Origin: Octopus vulgaris
Lineage: Eukaryota
DNA: 64,000 bases
Direction: 5' to 3'
Assembly (NCBI GenBank): GCA_951406725.2
Contig: OX597815.1
Coordinates: forward strand, 120,280,001-120,344,000
In this document: piece after piece, positions 51,864-64,000 of the stretch
How positions within the stretch are numbered: position 1 is the first letter of the stretch
Layout: every line of letters starts with the position of its first letter
Notes under the pieces: generated by a model
The model's input: the letters and a program-made list of their open reading frames with translations, nothing else
What the model was told of the DNA's origin: nothing
Database searches by the model: none
Made by a program: the position numbers and the translations under genes

Positions 51864-53459
51864 TCAATCTGGTTGCCGGGTAGGTCTATAGTTCTTGTAG
51901 TTCGCATACTTCTTATGCATGCAATTTGGGGAGTGTTCTGAGATTTTGTTAAGGAGAGGGCCTTTGGCGAACAAGATCTCTAGGCTCTCCGATATGCAGA
52001 GGTCACAGCAGGTATGGCCTCCTGTGTACGAACGCGCCTTCTGTAGTAGTTTCCACTTGGTCTTGAAGGGGATGGAGTTCCTTTTAAGGTACCAGATGTG
52101 GGCGGCGAGGGTAGTTTGGTTGGATTTATCCTGTCGCCGGAACGAGTGTGTGTGTGCGTACCAACGGGTCTTAAAGCTGTTTGACGTCATTCCGATGTAG
52201 GATTTTCTTTTATCGTCAGGGCCTGATCTTACCTCGCATGTATATACTAGGTCCCTCTGTAGGCAGTTGTTGTTGAGGGGGCAGGTGGTTTTATCAGGGC
52301 AGTTGCAATTGCTATCGGACGTTGGATGGGCCTCGGAAAAAGTAGATATGTTAAGTTTTTTCACATTGTTGTTGGCTAGGTTCCTGGCTAGATTGGGCGT
52401 GGTAGAGTAGGAGAGTCTAATAGTGTTCTTATTTAGGATAGTGTAGTACTTATGTTGGGTGGGGAAGTGTTTCTGTAGGAGAGTGAAGAAGATTTTAGCT
52501 ACAGGTGTAGCGACCACACGGTTGAAGGGGTGGTTGTACCAGCTAATGTGTCTTCGTCTATTTTTCCTGGGTTGGCGTGGGGCTATACTAGTGTAGGTAA
52601 TCTTATCTTTAAAGCCACTGCGGGCCAGGGCCTCGTTGTAATAGGGGGCTGCGGCCTTAAAGATATCTTCCGTGGCGGACAGGCTAGAAATTCTAATTGA
52701 GACACTTTTTACTAGGTTATCTAATATATTTTTGGGGTGGTTGGAATTAATATCTATATATCTAAGGGATTCATTTGGTTTGTGGTACGGGTAATAAAGT
52801 GAGGTTTTTAAGTCGAGGGTGACGTCAAGGAAGTTAGCTTTTGTTAAGTTGGATTCTAAGGTAATCCTAAGGCCTAAGTTTTTAAAGAAGGTGTAAAGAT
52901 TTTTCCGGAACCCATCCGTGGTCCTGGGGTTTATTTTGTGGAGGGCGAAAAGGCCGTCATCGCGGTAAAGACCACCGGAGAGGCCTGTGAATAGGGTTTT
53001 CAGCCTATGGAGGATGAAAAGGCCCACTAGGTCACTTATTTCAGCAGAGTCGTTAGCACCCATGCTGACGTCGAAGGGGGTCACAGATTTTTTGTTGATC
53101 CAGTGGGATCCGTCATAGAAAAGAAAAGTCTTACGTGCGTGGAGGATCACATCTTGCTCGGCCTCGGTGATGGTGGAGGACCTCCTGGCGAAGTTAATCG
53201 TGTCTATCAGCAAGCTCTCCGATATGGAGGCGTAGTAATCCTCGATATCCAGTTGTAGGAATCGGGTGTTGCTTTTGTCAGGTAAATCCCGGAACCAGGT
53301 TATTGCCTCGGAGGTCCTATTCCAGAGTGGAAGGGGTGAAGCTTCACGCATTTTTGGTAAAATCCTGTCCAGGATCTTCTTGCTGACGGATCCGATGTCA
53401 GACTTGGTTGGGTTAATCAAACGGACCGACGGTTTATTTTCGAAATGGTCTTCATACAT
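51864..53459 (-). CDS. Penelope-like reverse transcriptase + GIY-YIG endonuclease, 5'-truncated, uninterrupted 531 aa
   Basis: RLINPTKS, FLQLDIEDYYASI, MGANDSAEISDLVG, GLYRDDG, NFLDVTLDL; CNCPDKTTCPLNNNC, LVYTC...SYIGMT, CDLC, LLN, CMH. Confidence 0.92.
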   Translation of the reverse strand: MYEDHFENKPSVRLINPTKSDIGSVSKKILDRILPKMREASPLPLWNRTSEAITWFRDLPDKSNTRFLQLDIEDYYASISESLLIDTINFARRSSTITEAEQDVILHARKTFLFYDGSHWINKKSVTPFDVSMGANDSAEISDLVGLFILHRLKTLFTGLSGGLYRDDGLFALHKINPRTTDGFRKNLYTFFKNLGLRITLESNLTKANFLDVTLDLKTSLYYPYHKPNESLRYIDINSNHPKNILDNLVKSVSIRISSLSATEDIFKAAAPYYNEALARSGFKDKITYTSIAPRQPRKNRRRHISWYNHPFNRVVATPVAKIFFTLLQKHFPTQHKYYTILNKNTIRLSYSTTPNLARNLANNNVKKLNISTFSEAHPTSDSNCNCPDKTTCPLNNNCLQRDLVYTCEVRSGPDDKRKSYIGMTSNSFKTRWYAHTHSFRRQDKSNQTTLAAHIWYLKRNSIPFKTKWKLLQKARSYTGGHTCCDLCISESLEILFAKGPLLNKISEHSPNCMHKKYANYKNYRPTRQPD

Positions 53460-53543
53460 GCATACTCAAAAAATAAATAATAAATATTAAGTATATGTAC
53501 GTGCAGTTACCTATTATATAGACGGATACATACATATAAACTT

Positions 53544-53594
<51 letters not shown>

Positions 53595-53615
53595 TACACA
53601 TATATATACATATAC

Positions 53616-53648
<33 letters not shown>

Positions 53649-54066
53649 TATACACACATATATATATACATACTTACACACATGTACAAATACATACACA
53701 CATAGATAACTCTACGTACCTACATATACATAAACACATAGGTAACTGCACGTACATATACTTAATATTTATTATTTATTTTTTGAGTATGCATGTATGA
53801 ATAACTGCGCGTATATATATTTTATTATTTACTTATTTTTTGAGTATTCATGTAAGTATGAATATAAGGAGGCGCGTGTGTGTGTGTGTATGTGTAAGCA
53901 TAGATATATGTATACTTTTACGCATGTGTGTACTTATGTGTATATATGGATGCGCGTGTGTGTATGGGTACGCATGTACATGTGTATGTGCGTGTATGTG
54001 TATATGAGTATGTATGTATGTGTGTGCGTATATTTGTATATGTATGTATGTATATGTATGTGTGTG

Positions 54067-54109
<43 letters not shown>

Positions 54110-54321
54110 ATATGTATGTATGTATATGTATATGCGTATGTGTATGTATTTGTATGTGTATGCATGCGCGTATATACATGTATGTATATGTATACGTGTG
54201 GGTGTGTGTATGTGTATAAATGTATGTATGTATGGATGTATGGATGTATGTATGTATGTATGTATACGTATGTATGTGTATGTGTGTATGTGTATGTATG
54301 TGTATGTATGTATATATATAT

Positions 54322-54377
<56 letters not shown>

Positions 54378-54380
54378 ATA

Positions 54381-54421
<41 letters not shown>

Positions 54422-54879
54422 TTGTATGTAGGTGTATATGTATGTGTGGTCGTGTGTGTATATATACATGTGTGTATATATACATGTGTGTATACGTGTA
54501 TGCATGTGAGTGTGTGTATGTATACATTTATGTGTATGTGTAGATATGTATATGTATGTGTAAGTGTATATATATGTATATGTGTGTGTGTGTATGTATG
54601 TGTGTATGTATATGTATATATGTTTGTATGTGTGTGTATATATGTATACATACGTGCATAGGTATAAGTGAGAATCTCCTTATTTACCTAAAACTCTATT
54701 CTTTTTTTTATATATATTTTTTTATTTTTTTATTTATTCTTTTATCTAATTTAACACTGACTCCTTGACCACTCCCCCAAGTATGATATTTTGCGCTATG
54801 CCTACCCCCCAAAAGTCCCCCACCACCACCCCTTTAAACCTGCCTAAATGTATAAATGCCAATACAATTCTTGTTAACT

Positions 54880-54930
54880 AGCTTCCTGAAGATTTCTCTT
54901 GAATGAAACAGTTCTAGTCCTGTAGAAGCT
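54880..54930 (+). ncRNA. Type I minimal hammerhead ribozyme in the inverted pseudo-LTR
   Basis: Exact reverse complement of 48343-48393. Confidence 0.8.
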
Positions 54931-54941
54931 CCTTCTATATA

Positions 54942-54990
<49 letters not shown>

Positions 54991-55046
54991 TATGCGTGTG
55001 TGTATATGTGTGTTTATATGCGTATGTGACTGTTTTTATACGTATG

Positions 55047-55149
<103 letters not shown>

Positions 55150-55222
55150 GTATGTATGTATATATATATATATATACACATACATATGTATGTATATATA
55201 CGCATATAAACACACACACACA

Positions 55223-55316
<94 letters not shown>

Positions 55317-55597
55317 GCCTCATACGCATGTAGTGACAGACATTATGTCACTACTACCTTTCCTCATTTTCTTTCAGCTCTCTTGTATTGTTGGAGGCGT
55401 AGTGGATAAGAAGATGAAAGCATACATGTCTATTAGCAACGGATGTTTTGACAACAAATCCAAGCAATGTCTTGAAGTTCTATCAGCAGTAGCTATAGCG
55501 ATAGAGTTAATCATGATAGCTATAGCAACAGGCTCAATAACAAGGAGAAATGAAGTTTTAATAAATAAAACAGACAAGATGCTAAAATAAACAGCAA

Positions 55598-55634
<37 letters not shown>

Positions 55635-55819
55635 AACAACACGGTGAACTAGCTGAGTCATTAGAGTCGGATAGAATCTCACGTGTTGGCATTTGTTCTG
55701 AGTCTTTCTATTAATTAGTGTATGCATGTATGTATGTATGTATGTATGTATGTATGTATGTATGTATGTATGTATGTATGTATGTATGTATGTATGTCAG
55801 TATGGATGGATGGATGGAT

Positions 55820-56100
55820 CAGTGGTGGCTCGTGTACAGGCACTGTGGAAATGCAGTACCCCCTATTTCCACTCGATATAATCGATAACATTCAATATAA
55901 TGAATCTTTTTTCTTTAATTCTTTTTTATACTTGTACATTTATATAAAATCCTTAAGCTTAATGTCAGTAGCCATCCCCTAGTTTATGAAAAAAATATAA
56001 AAATCCTTGTATAGAATTGTATACTTCACATTTCCAGCGACGCGATGTTTGGCTGTTGTACGCATGCTCATATGTCCGAGATAGGAAGCTCCTCGCTAGG

Positions 56101-56166
<66 letters not shown>

Positions 56167-56577
56167 ACTGTCGTTCATGCAAAGCTGATCCTGGTGTGCT
56201 GGTGAAAAGTAGTGTTTCTTTTTGACTCCGCGTGTGTTGTGCTTAAAACATGTTTATATTCTTGAATGTGATAAAGTGTAGAATTAGATTATTATCCTGC
56301 TTCCAGTTTCAGTGTTGCTGCCAGGATTTGAAAACTAGGGCAGATTTTCCCCACTTATTTTGTGATTTAGGGGGTATTTTTTGAAAAACAAGGAGGAATT
56401 CACGGCGGTGTTCAGTGAACAAATTAAACACACTACTCGGCAGTGGCTAAGACACGAACCGATCAAGTTCATGTATAAATATTCTTTTTATATGTTTGTT
56501 TCCTTTTACGCAATATTAAAACAGCTAAACATTTTCTGAAGCAGCACCCCACTAATTTTATCTACGAGCTGCCACTG
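55820..56577. mobile_element. Non-autonomous hAT element
   Basis: TIRs CAGTGGTGGCTCGT / ACGAGCTGCCACTG; TSD GGATGGAT / GTATGGAT (7 of 8). Confidence 0.8.
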
Positions 56578-56600
56578 GTATGGATGTATGCATGGATGTT

Positions 56601-56859
56601 TAGTAATCCCTCGACTATCGCGGGTGTTACATTCCCAAAACCCCGCGATAGGTGAAAGTCTGCGAAGCAGAAACTGTACTGTACTGTGTATTTTTTTTAT
56701 TATCTTTTAAAATTTGTATTATAAATGTATCATAATTTGTATTATAAATGCAAAACAACACCACAGGGGAATCGATGTAGACTTAAATAATAAACCACGG
56801 TAGGTGAACCGCAATAGGCAAACCGTGATAAATGAACCGCGAGATGGTGAAGGATTATG
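56601..56859. mobile_element. Second copy of the pogo-like MITE, opposite orientation
   Basis: Reverse-complement similarity to 10313-10550. Confidence 0.8.
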
Positions 56860-57913
56860 TATGGATGGAGGGATGGAAGGATTGATGGAGGGTCGGACGG
56901 ATGGATGGACACTTTCTTTTTCCCTTTTTAATTTAGAGTTAATCTTGATCGGTCACCGACATGGTAGCAAAGTTGTAAAGGAAAGTTTCTTGTTTATTCG
57001 TAATCTTATTTATCTTAAGAAGGTCTTACCCATCCTTATTGTCTTAGATATCGCGATCATTTGTAGTGTGTGAATCAAGGAGTTGCTTACCCTCCTCAAG
57101 AGTTCAAGTTCAGTCATGCTTTACTCTAGGCGGGTTGATATGAAGCTGAAAGTGTATCATGGATACTGGATTTGCAAACTCCTTAGCAAGGGTCTATAGA
57201 TGTCCTTTTTCTTCAATATTCATCATACCACATTAATGTCTTGAGGGCAGCTATTTCTAAAACAAAATATATTGGAGAATAAAGCTGATGCTCTAGAAAC
57301 GAGTACGCAAAACTGCTTACTGGACAGAGGCAAAAGAGACACTACATGTCACACACAAATTTTTATCTTTGTCAGATGATGACAGTCTTGTGGTACCTAA
57401 CTCGGAATAGGTCTTTCGTCAGTACTTTGTAGAAATGTATGGATGAAGTGGTGGGTTGGATACGACTGATAAAAATGTCTACCGTGTAAGTTTTTAATAA
57501 AGCCCAATAGAAGAAGTAAAATAATGTAAGAGGCTTAAAATAATAGCCATAGGTAAACAGAAATACGTGAGATGTCATATGACATAAAAAAAAAGCTAAC
57601 CTCCCCGCTGAAAGACCGATGTGATCAAGGAAAACATACGTAGCTTTAAAATGAAAACTCTATCCACATAACTACCCTCCATACAAAACTAGGTGCTGTG
57701 TTCAGCTAGGAGAGCGCCATTGGTCTTGAGAAGCATCTATAAACCTGAAACAATTTGTTTTCTGGGCCGAAACAGTTAAGAACAATCGGCATTATATAAA
57801 ATACATCTCAGGGCTCGCACTAATGTGGATCAATCGAGACTGATGCAGTTATGAAGGCTAATTAATAGTTGTGTTCAAAGTGACTATCTGCGAGTGACCT
57901 TTATGGTCTGTAT

Positions 57914-58114
57914 CAGTGCTTTTCAAACTTTTTGCTGGAGCGGAACCCCAAGGAAACATTCCACTGGCTCGAGGAACCCCTGTGCAATAATTTAATAGTC
58001 TTATGCACACATATCTGCACAGGAGAATTAAAAACTACTGCCGATTTTAGCAGTTTTGTAACTTCTTGCGGAACCCCTGGACTGTACTGGCGGAACCCTG
58101 GTTTAAAACCACTG
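57914..58114. mobile_element. hAT MITE
   Basis: CAGTG...CACTG termini; perfect 8-bp TSD GTCTGTAT; internal GGAACCC repeats. Confidence 0.9.
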
Positions 58115-59576
58115 GTCTGTATAATTAAACTACATTTGCATGTTGGGCGGTCGACTAGCAAAATTGATAGCAGACAAACACCTGGTGGCATCTGTTTCGG
58201 TTCTTGTGCGTTCTAAATTCAAGTTATCTCCAGATCAACTTCGGCTTTCATCCTTCCAAATTCGATAAAATAATGTTCCAATTAAGTACTTGAATCAATT
58301 TCACCCACCCACCCATCCTTTCTTTCTTCTTTTTGATGAACACCCGAGGGATCATTCACGGTATTCTTTTCCTGCTAGACAAACCCTTACGTTCTTTCGC
58401 AGTGGAATAAAATTATCATCGAGGCTCTGCTTAAAGGGTTCGCAACACTGTGATGAGAATATCACCATGGCCTCAAGCTCAGTTAGATTTCTCGGAATAT
58501 TAATATATAACAGTTGGCAGAGTTGTTAGCACGACCAGACAAAATGCTATGTCGGCATTTCGTCCGTCTTTACATTATGAGTTCAAATTCCGCCGAGGTC
58601 AACTTTCGGGGTTGATAAAAATGTACCAGTTGAGCACTGGGGTCGATATAATCGATGTATCCTCCTCACCACAAATTTGCTGGCCTTATGCTAAAACTTG
58701 AAACTGTATGAAACAGATTTTAGTTGGTATTTCAAATAGCTCTACCTGTTTACAGGTAGCGAATTAGCAAAACCATTAGATCGTCGCACAACATACCTTG
58801 CAGCATTTGTTCCGACTCATTACGTCTTGTGTTTCCACCATGCTGAGCTTAACTTAGTTTTTCTTTTTCCGGTGTCGATATAAAAAAAACAACTGTTCAG
58901 GGTGGTGACCAGGTAAAATTGTTGGAACGTTAAACCACATTTTGTGTTTATTTATTCCTCGTCTATTTATGTTCTGAGCGCTCAAGCAGACATGACGAAC
59001 TTGTCGTTCTTTGATAAGCTCGTAACGTTGTAAAGGAAGTTACCTGGAATCATTCGATGACCCAATGGTGTAGAAAGAATACCTGTTTAGGCTTGTAGCA
59101 TATCTGTAACAATAGATTGTGTTTTATGCATGCGTAAGTTCTCTCTCTCTCTCTCTCACACACACATGCAATTCATCACTTTTTAATAGGGAATGCATAC
59201 AAGCATTTCATAATTAATTATCTTACGATATCACATCATTGCTTTTTCAATCTTACATAAGCATTTGTGTGCCTGTGTGTGTGTGTGTGTGTGCGTGTGT
59301 GTGTACACATAAACTTATGAAGCTTACATAAAGGTTAGAATATATCTCCATATAAATGATTTATTAATCTTTGTATATGCGCAGGCATAGTTTTGTGGTG
59401 AGGACGTTCGATTCGCAACTAAACGGTTTTGGGGCGCCTTGGCCGACTAAATCCTTGTGAATAAGATTTGGTAGAGAAGAAATTGCGTAAAAGCCAGTCA
59501 TGTGCGTGAGTGTGTCTGTGTATGTGTGTGTGTGTGTGTGCGTGCGTGTGTTTATATAGGTATGTACGTACGTATG

Positions 59577-59667
<91 letters not shown>

Positions 59668-59669
<2 letters not shown>

Positions 59670-60063
59670 TCTCTTTTACTCTTTTACTTGTTTCAGTCAT
59701 TTGACTGCAGCCATGCTGGAGCACCGCCTTTAATCGAGCAACTCGACCCTGGGACTTATTCTTTTGTAAGCCCAGTACTTATTCTATCGGTCTCTTTTGC
59801 TGAACCGCTAGGTAATGGGGACATAAACACACCAGCATCGGTTGTCATGCAATGCTAGGGGGACAAACACAGACACACAAATATATATATATACATATAT
59901 ACGACGGGCTTCTTTCAGTTTCCGTCTACCAAATCCACTCACAAGGCTTTGGTCGGCCCGAGCTATAGTAGAAGACACTTGCCCAAGGTGCTACGCAGTG
60001 GGACTGAACCTGGGACCATGTGGTTGGTAAACAAGCTACTTACCACACAGCCAATCCTGCGCC
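59668..60063 (-). mobile_element. SINE family A
   Basis: Reverse-complement similarity. Confidence 0.9.
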
Positions 60064-60066
60064 TCC

Positions 60067-60107
<41 letters not shown>

Positions 60108-60158
60108 CATACACACACACACACACACACACATACACACACACACATATATATATAT

Positions 60159-60517
60159 GGAGTGGCTATGTGGTAAGTAGCTTGCTAACCAACCACATGG
60201 TTCCGGGTTCAGTCCCACTGCGTGGCATCTTGGGCAAGTGTCTTCTGCTATAGCCCCGGGCCGACCAATGAAAGAAGCCTGTCGTATATGTGTATATATA
60301 TATATATATGTATATATATGTGTGTGTGTGTTTGTCCCCCTATCATTGCTTGACAACCGATGCTGGTGTGTTTAGGTCCCCGTCAATTAGCGGTTCGGCA
60401 AAAGAGACCGATAGAATAAGTACTGGGCTTACAAAGAATAATTCCCGGGGTCGATTTGCTCGACTAAAGACGGTACTCCAGCTTGGCTGCAGTCAAATGA
60501 CTGAAACAAGTAAAAGA

Positions 60518-60518
<1 letters not shown>
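60159..60518 (+). mobile_element. SINE family A
   Basis: Family A with a short internal deletion. Confidence 0.9.
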
Positions 60519-60563
<45 letters not shown>

Positions 60564-60685
60564 TCAAAACGTTAAGAACTCTCCTTTCACCGAACGTCAA
60601 AAGAATATATTGCTTATGCACGTTCTCGCGTTCGTTTTTTTTCTTTTTTTGTGTGTGTTTTTTAATTGTTTGTTTTTTGAATTGA

Positions 60686-60780
<95 letters not shown>

Positions 60781-61144
60781 CATATATCGATAGTCAGTAG
60801 AACGTAAATCCGAAAAAGAACACTCTAAGTTATGGACTAGTATATAATGTAAAAAATTTAGAATTGGCTGGTTTATGGGATTACGTTTGGCTTCACGCCC
60901 ATGAAGCGCTTAGCTTTACGGCGTATCATCAGATCCCAAAACCTGTTGGTTTAAAGCCTCTCTAGTGAGTGGCCTCTCTAGAATATGGATGAAGAAATGA
61001 CCTCGCTATTTAATGTCAACAACAGGGGGTTGTCTCCCTTCGGCTATTGATTACCAGTGACCCTTTTATCCTGTGGGTTCCAATAGACCAGTAGGAATTT
61101 CCTGAAATGCAAGCACGGTCCGAAGACTTCCGTTCTGAAGTTAA

Positions 61145-62260
61145 AGAAATTTTTTTTCCGACGGGGTGTGGAGAGGAGTTTCGAAAAAACGTAGTTTCGG
61201 ATCAGAAAACCAAATAAGTTGGAACTACGTCGTTTTCACGGGGATTTTTCCAATTCTTTATTTCAACGCAGCCTTCGAAATTTTGGGGAGCATCTTTTAT
61301 ATGAAAATAAAGTTTTGAAATTTTTGAAATTCCTCACTGTTCTACTCCACACCGATTTTGGCCAATATTTTTAACTTAAAAACTATGGGAGGAACCTTTT
61401 CGGTAAAAAAAGAAAGGGGGAATTGTAAATATTTTCAGAGGAAAAGGTGTATGATTCAAGGGCGATCTGACCGTTGTTTCCAGCAGATCCCAAACCACAT
61501 TCCATTTTCACTCTCACATGTATTGACGTTTTCTTAATATTTTTCTCCCATTACACACATTTTATGGGATAATGATGCCGAAGTAACACACGCGTGATCC
61601 GTTGGTTGAATGTAAGCAACAACAAAAAAATTGCAATTTAAATTTTTATTCCCACCTCAATCAAACGAAGCCGTGTGTGCGTGCAAGATAAAACATTTTC
61701 TAACTGGAAACAATGCTATTAAACTGAATTATCGTTTACATACCACTGTGGATAAATGCCAGCAATGACCTTCTCAGGCTCTCCAATATTTAATTTATAA
61801 ACAGAAACAATCGGGGGCAGAGAGTGGGGTTGCAAAAAAAAATCATAATTTTTCCAATATTTTTTATGGCATATAAATGTATTTATTGGGAGAAAAATAT
61901 TGAAAAACATCAATACATTCGAGAGTGAGAAAGAAACGAAGAGAGTTGTCTTGGGATGTGCTAGAAACAACGGAAAATATTAACAATATTATTTTTTCTA
62001 TTTTTTTACCGAAAGGGTTCCTTCCATGGTTTTGAAGTGCGAAAAAAAAAATGGCCAAAATCGGTCTGGAGTGGGATGAAGGAATGGGTTTTTTTAAAAA
62101 AGAACTTAAAACTTTTTTTCATAAGTTGTTCGCCGCTCACTTCGTTTTCAAGGCTGTGGTTTGAAAAAAAGTGGGCAAATCCCCGTCAAAACGGATTAAT
62201 TCCAGATCCGAAACTTCGTTTTTCGAGATTCCTCTCCCCACCCCCTCGGAAAAAATTTCC
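61145..62260. repeat. ~1.1-kb diverged palindrome (fold-back element)
   Basis: Arms 61146-61205/62202-62258, 61345-61412/61995-62071 and 61471-61566/61866-61973 are reverse-complementary. Confidence 0.8.
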
Positions 62261-64000
62261 CCCACAAATTTCTTTATAATCGTAATCTGTGCCATTTGAA
62301 AGATATTTGTATAAGATTTCATTGAAAGATATCCATTTTCTGAAAGTTATGAGGGAAAAAAGTCGGATCGTGTGAATTTTCCGAAACTCCTCTCCCCACC
62401 CCCTCGAAAAACTCTTTCCCATAAGTCCCTATATATTCTGAATCCATATAATCTAAGCGGTATTTGTTGAAAATTTCGTTAAAAAGTATCCATTTTTCTG
62501 GAAGTTATGAGGTAACAAAGTCGGTGGGTGTTTACATCTGTAGTTATGCCAGTTTTGTTTGTATGCATGATTGTGTGCGTGCTTATCTGTCATTTAGAAC
62601 AACCAAACCGGCTCATAATGGGAAAATACTCTGAAAGTAAGATACACCTGAAATATTAATACAAACGAAATAAAACAAATTTCGCGTAAATCGGACCACA
62701 GATTCCCGAGATAGGCGGTTGTTAGGGGTACCTTCATAAATAGTCAAAATGGTGCATAATGGGAAAATATTCCGAAAGTAACATAACCCTGAAATAGGAA
62801 AATTGTTTCCATTAATTTTATGTTTACGTTATATAACAATTCCTTTTGTATTTTTGTAGAAGTGTGCACATATACTATGAATAAATGATGTTACTGGAGT
62901 TCAAGTTCTATTTCTATTAGATGCTGTAAATAATCAATAAAACCTTAAACATGGACTTGTAAACCAGATCTATGATGACACGAACGAACTGAAATATTTA
63001 ATTGAATTATCATAAATTAATTTTCATTTCAATGCAATGTTGAAATCAGCTACAATGTTTTATAACCCGAATCGTCAGTGAACCAACTAGTATATGTGTG
63101 TGTATGTGTGCATATGAGCGCGCGTGTGATTACACACACACATACATGTTGGTATGTATCGATATATTTATGTATGCATGTATCAAAATGAACTAAGCCG
63201 AGAGAAGTCCCTTAGTAACTATATGAGAAGGTGAGATAATCATCTCATGAATCAAGAATTCTCCAAAGTTGGCATGCCATTAAGGAAAAGGAAAGGCTTA
63301 TTGTCTGAAGATAAAAGACAGTCGTTGGACTCCCCTTCTCACATAGAGATGTTCTTAATTGTATTCATACGTACATACGTGTGTGTGTGTGTGTGTGTAT
63401 TCATATATATACGCACACATAAATGTGTGTATGTGTTTGTCTGGTACCCTCAATTCCCGCTTGATAATCGGTGTTGGTTTACTTACGTCCTCGACAATTT
63501 AGCAATTCAGCACAAGCGACCCATAGAATAAGTACCAGACTTGAAAAGAATGTAACTATTGAGGTTGATTTTCTCCGCTAAACCCTTCTCTTGTAGTGCC
63601 CTAGTATGGCCGCAGTCCAGTTACAAACGAGTGTATGTATACACACTAGATAATCAAATATAGATAAGTGGTTGTCGATATTTAGATCCGGATAAAACTT
63701 GATTAAAAGTTTGCCAGTTAATACTTATCTTCTTAAGTGTATGTTTAAGATTGCATTATCTTTGAGGTTTATGGGAACTTTAGTTGTATTTTGTAGCTGG
63801 TCGAGCAAGCGTAGGGAAACTCGCTTGTTACTTAGTCAAATTTAGATATACAAGTTTCATACTTGTTAGTCTAAATCAGACAGTAGTAACAGATGTTTAG
63901 ATATGGAGACATATGTCAACAAAAGTCCTTGGTTATAGAGATCGGCTTTGCTTGATGGTTACTTGAAACCACCGACATTCTGTCAGAGTTTATTTTGGGG

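Larger units (their letters stand above)
48257..54947 (-). mobile_element. Penelope-like retroelement (probably Naiad-type) with direct and inverted pseudo-LTRs
   Basis: RT+GIY-YIG ORF; 53451-53738 is a direct copy of 50018-50287; 53739-54947 is an inverted copy of 48326-50080; hammerheads in the repeats; (TA)n on both flanks. Confidence 0.9.

Noticed and set aside
55312-55727. Hydrophobic ORFs as candidate signal-peptide exon of the RPTP
   Set aside because: No open phase-compatible exon on the minus strand; partly (CAA)n-derived.
57372-57578. Exon-like stretch with splice-like ends
   Set aside because: No recognisable domain; stops in most frames; phase not compatible with exon 43485-43628.

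Overview
AT-rich, microsatellite-dense animal DNA. The SINE families and (TA/CA/GA)n load suggest a cephalopod, probably Octopus (inference). The main host gene is on the minus strand: an EGF-like + FN3 + TM + tandem-PTP receptor tyrosine phosphatase. I traced 11 phase-compatible GT-AG exons from 43628 to the stop at 14295 (about 1415 codons); its 5' end was not found. Both PTP domains carry substitutions in catalytic motifs, and most of the intracellular part lies in two very large exons. The rest is transposon-derived: a Penelope-like (probably Naiad-type) RT+GIY-YIG element with direct and inverted microsatellite-rich pseudo-LTRs that carry hammerhead ribozymes; decayed Tc1 and mariner elements; hAT, piggyBac, Mutator-like, pogo-like and Helitron non-autonomous elements; CR1 and CRE LINE fragments; at least three tRNA-SINE families; and several fold-back elements. 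Several further hammerhead-like motifs, some with non-canonical cores, sit in unique islands between microsatellites. All calls were made by eye, without alignment or folding software.
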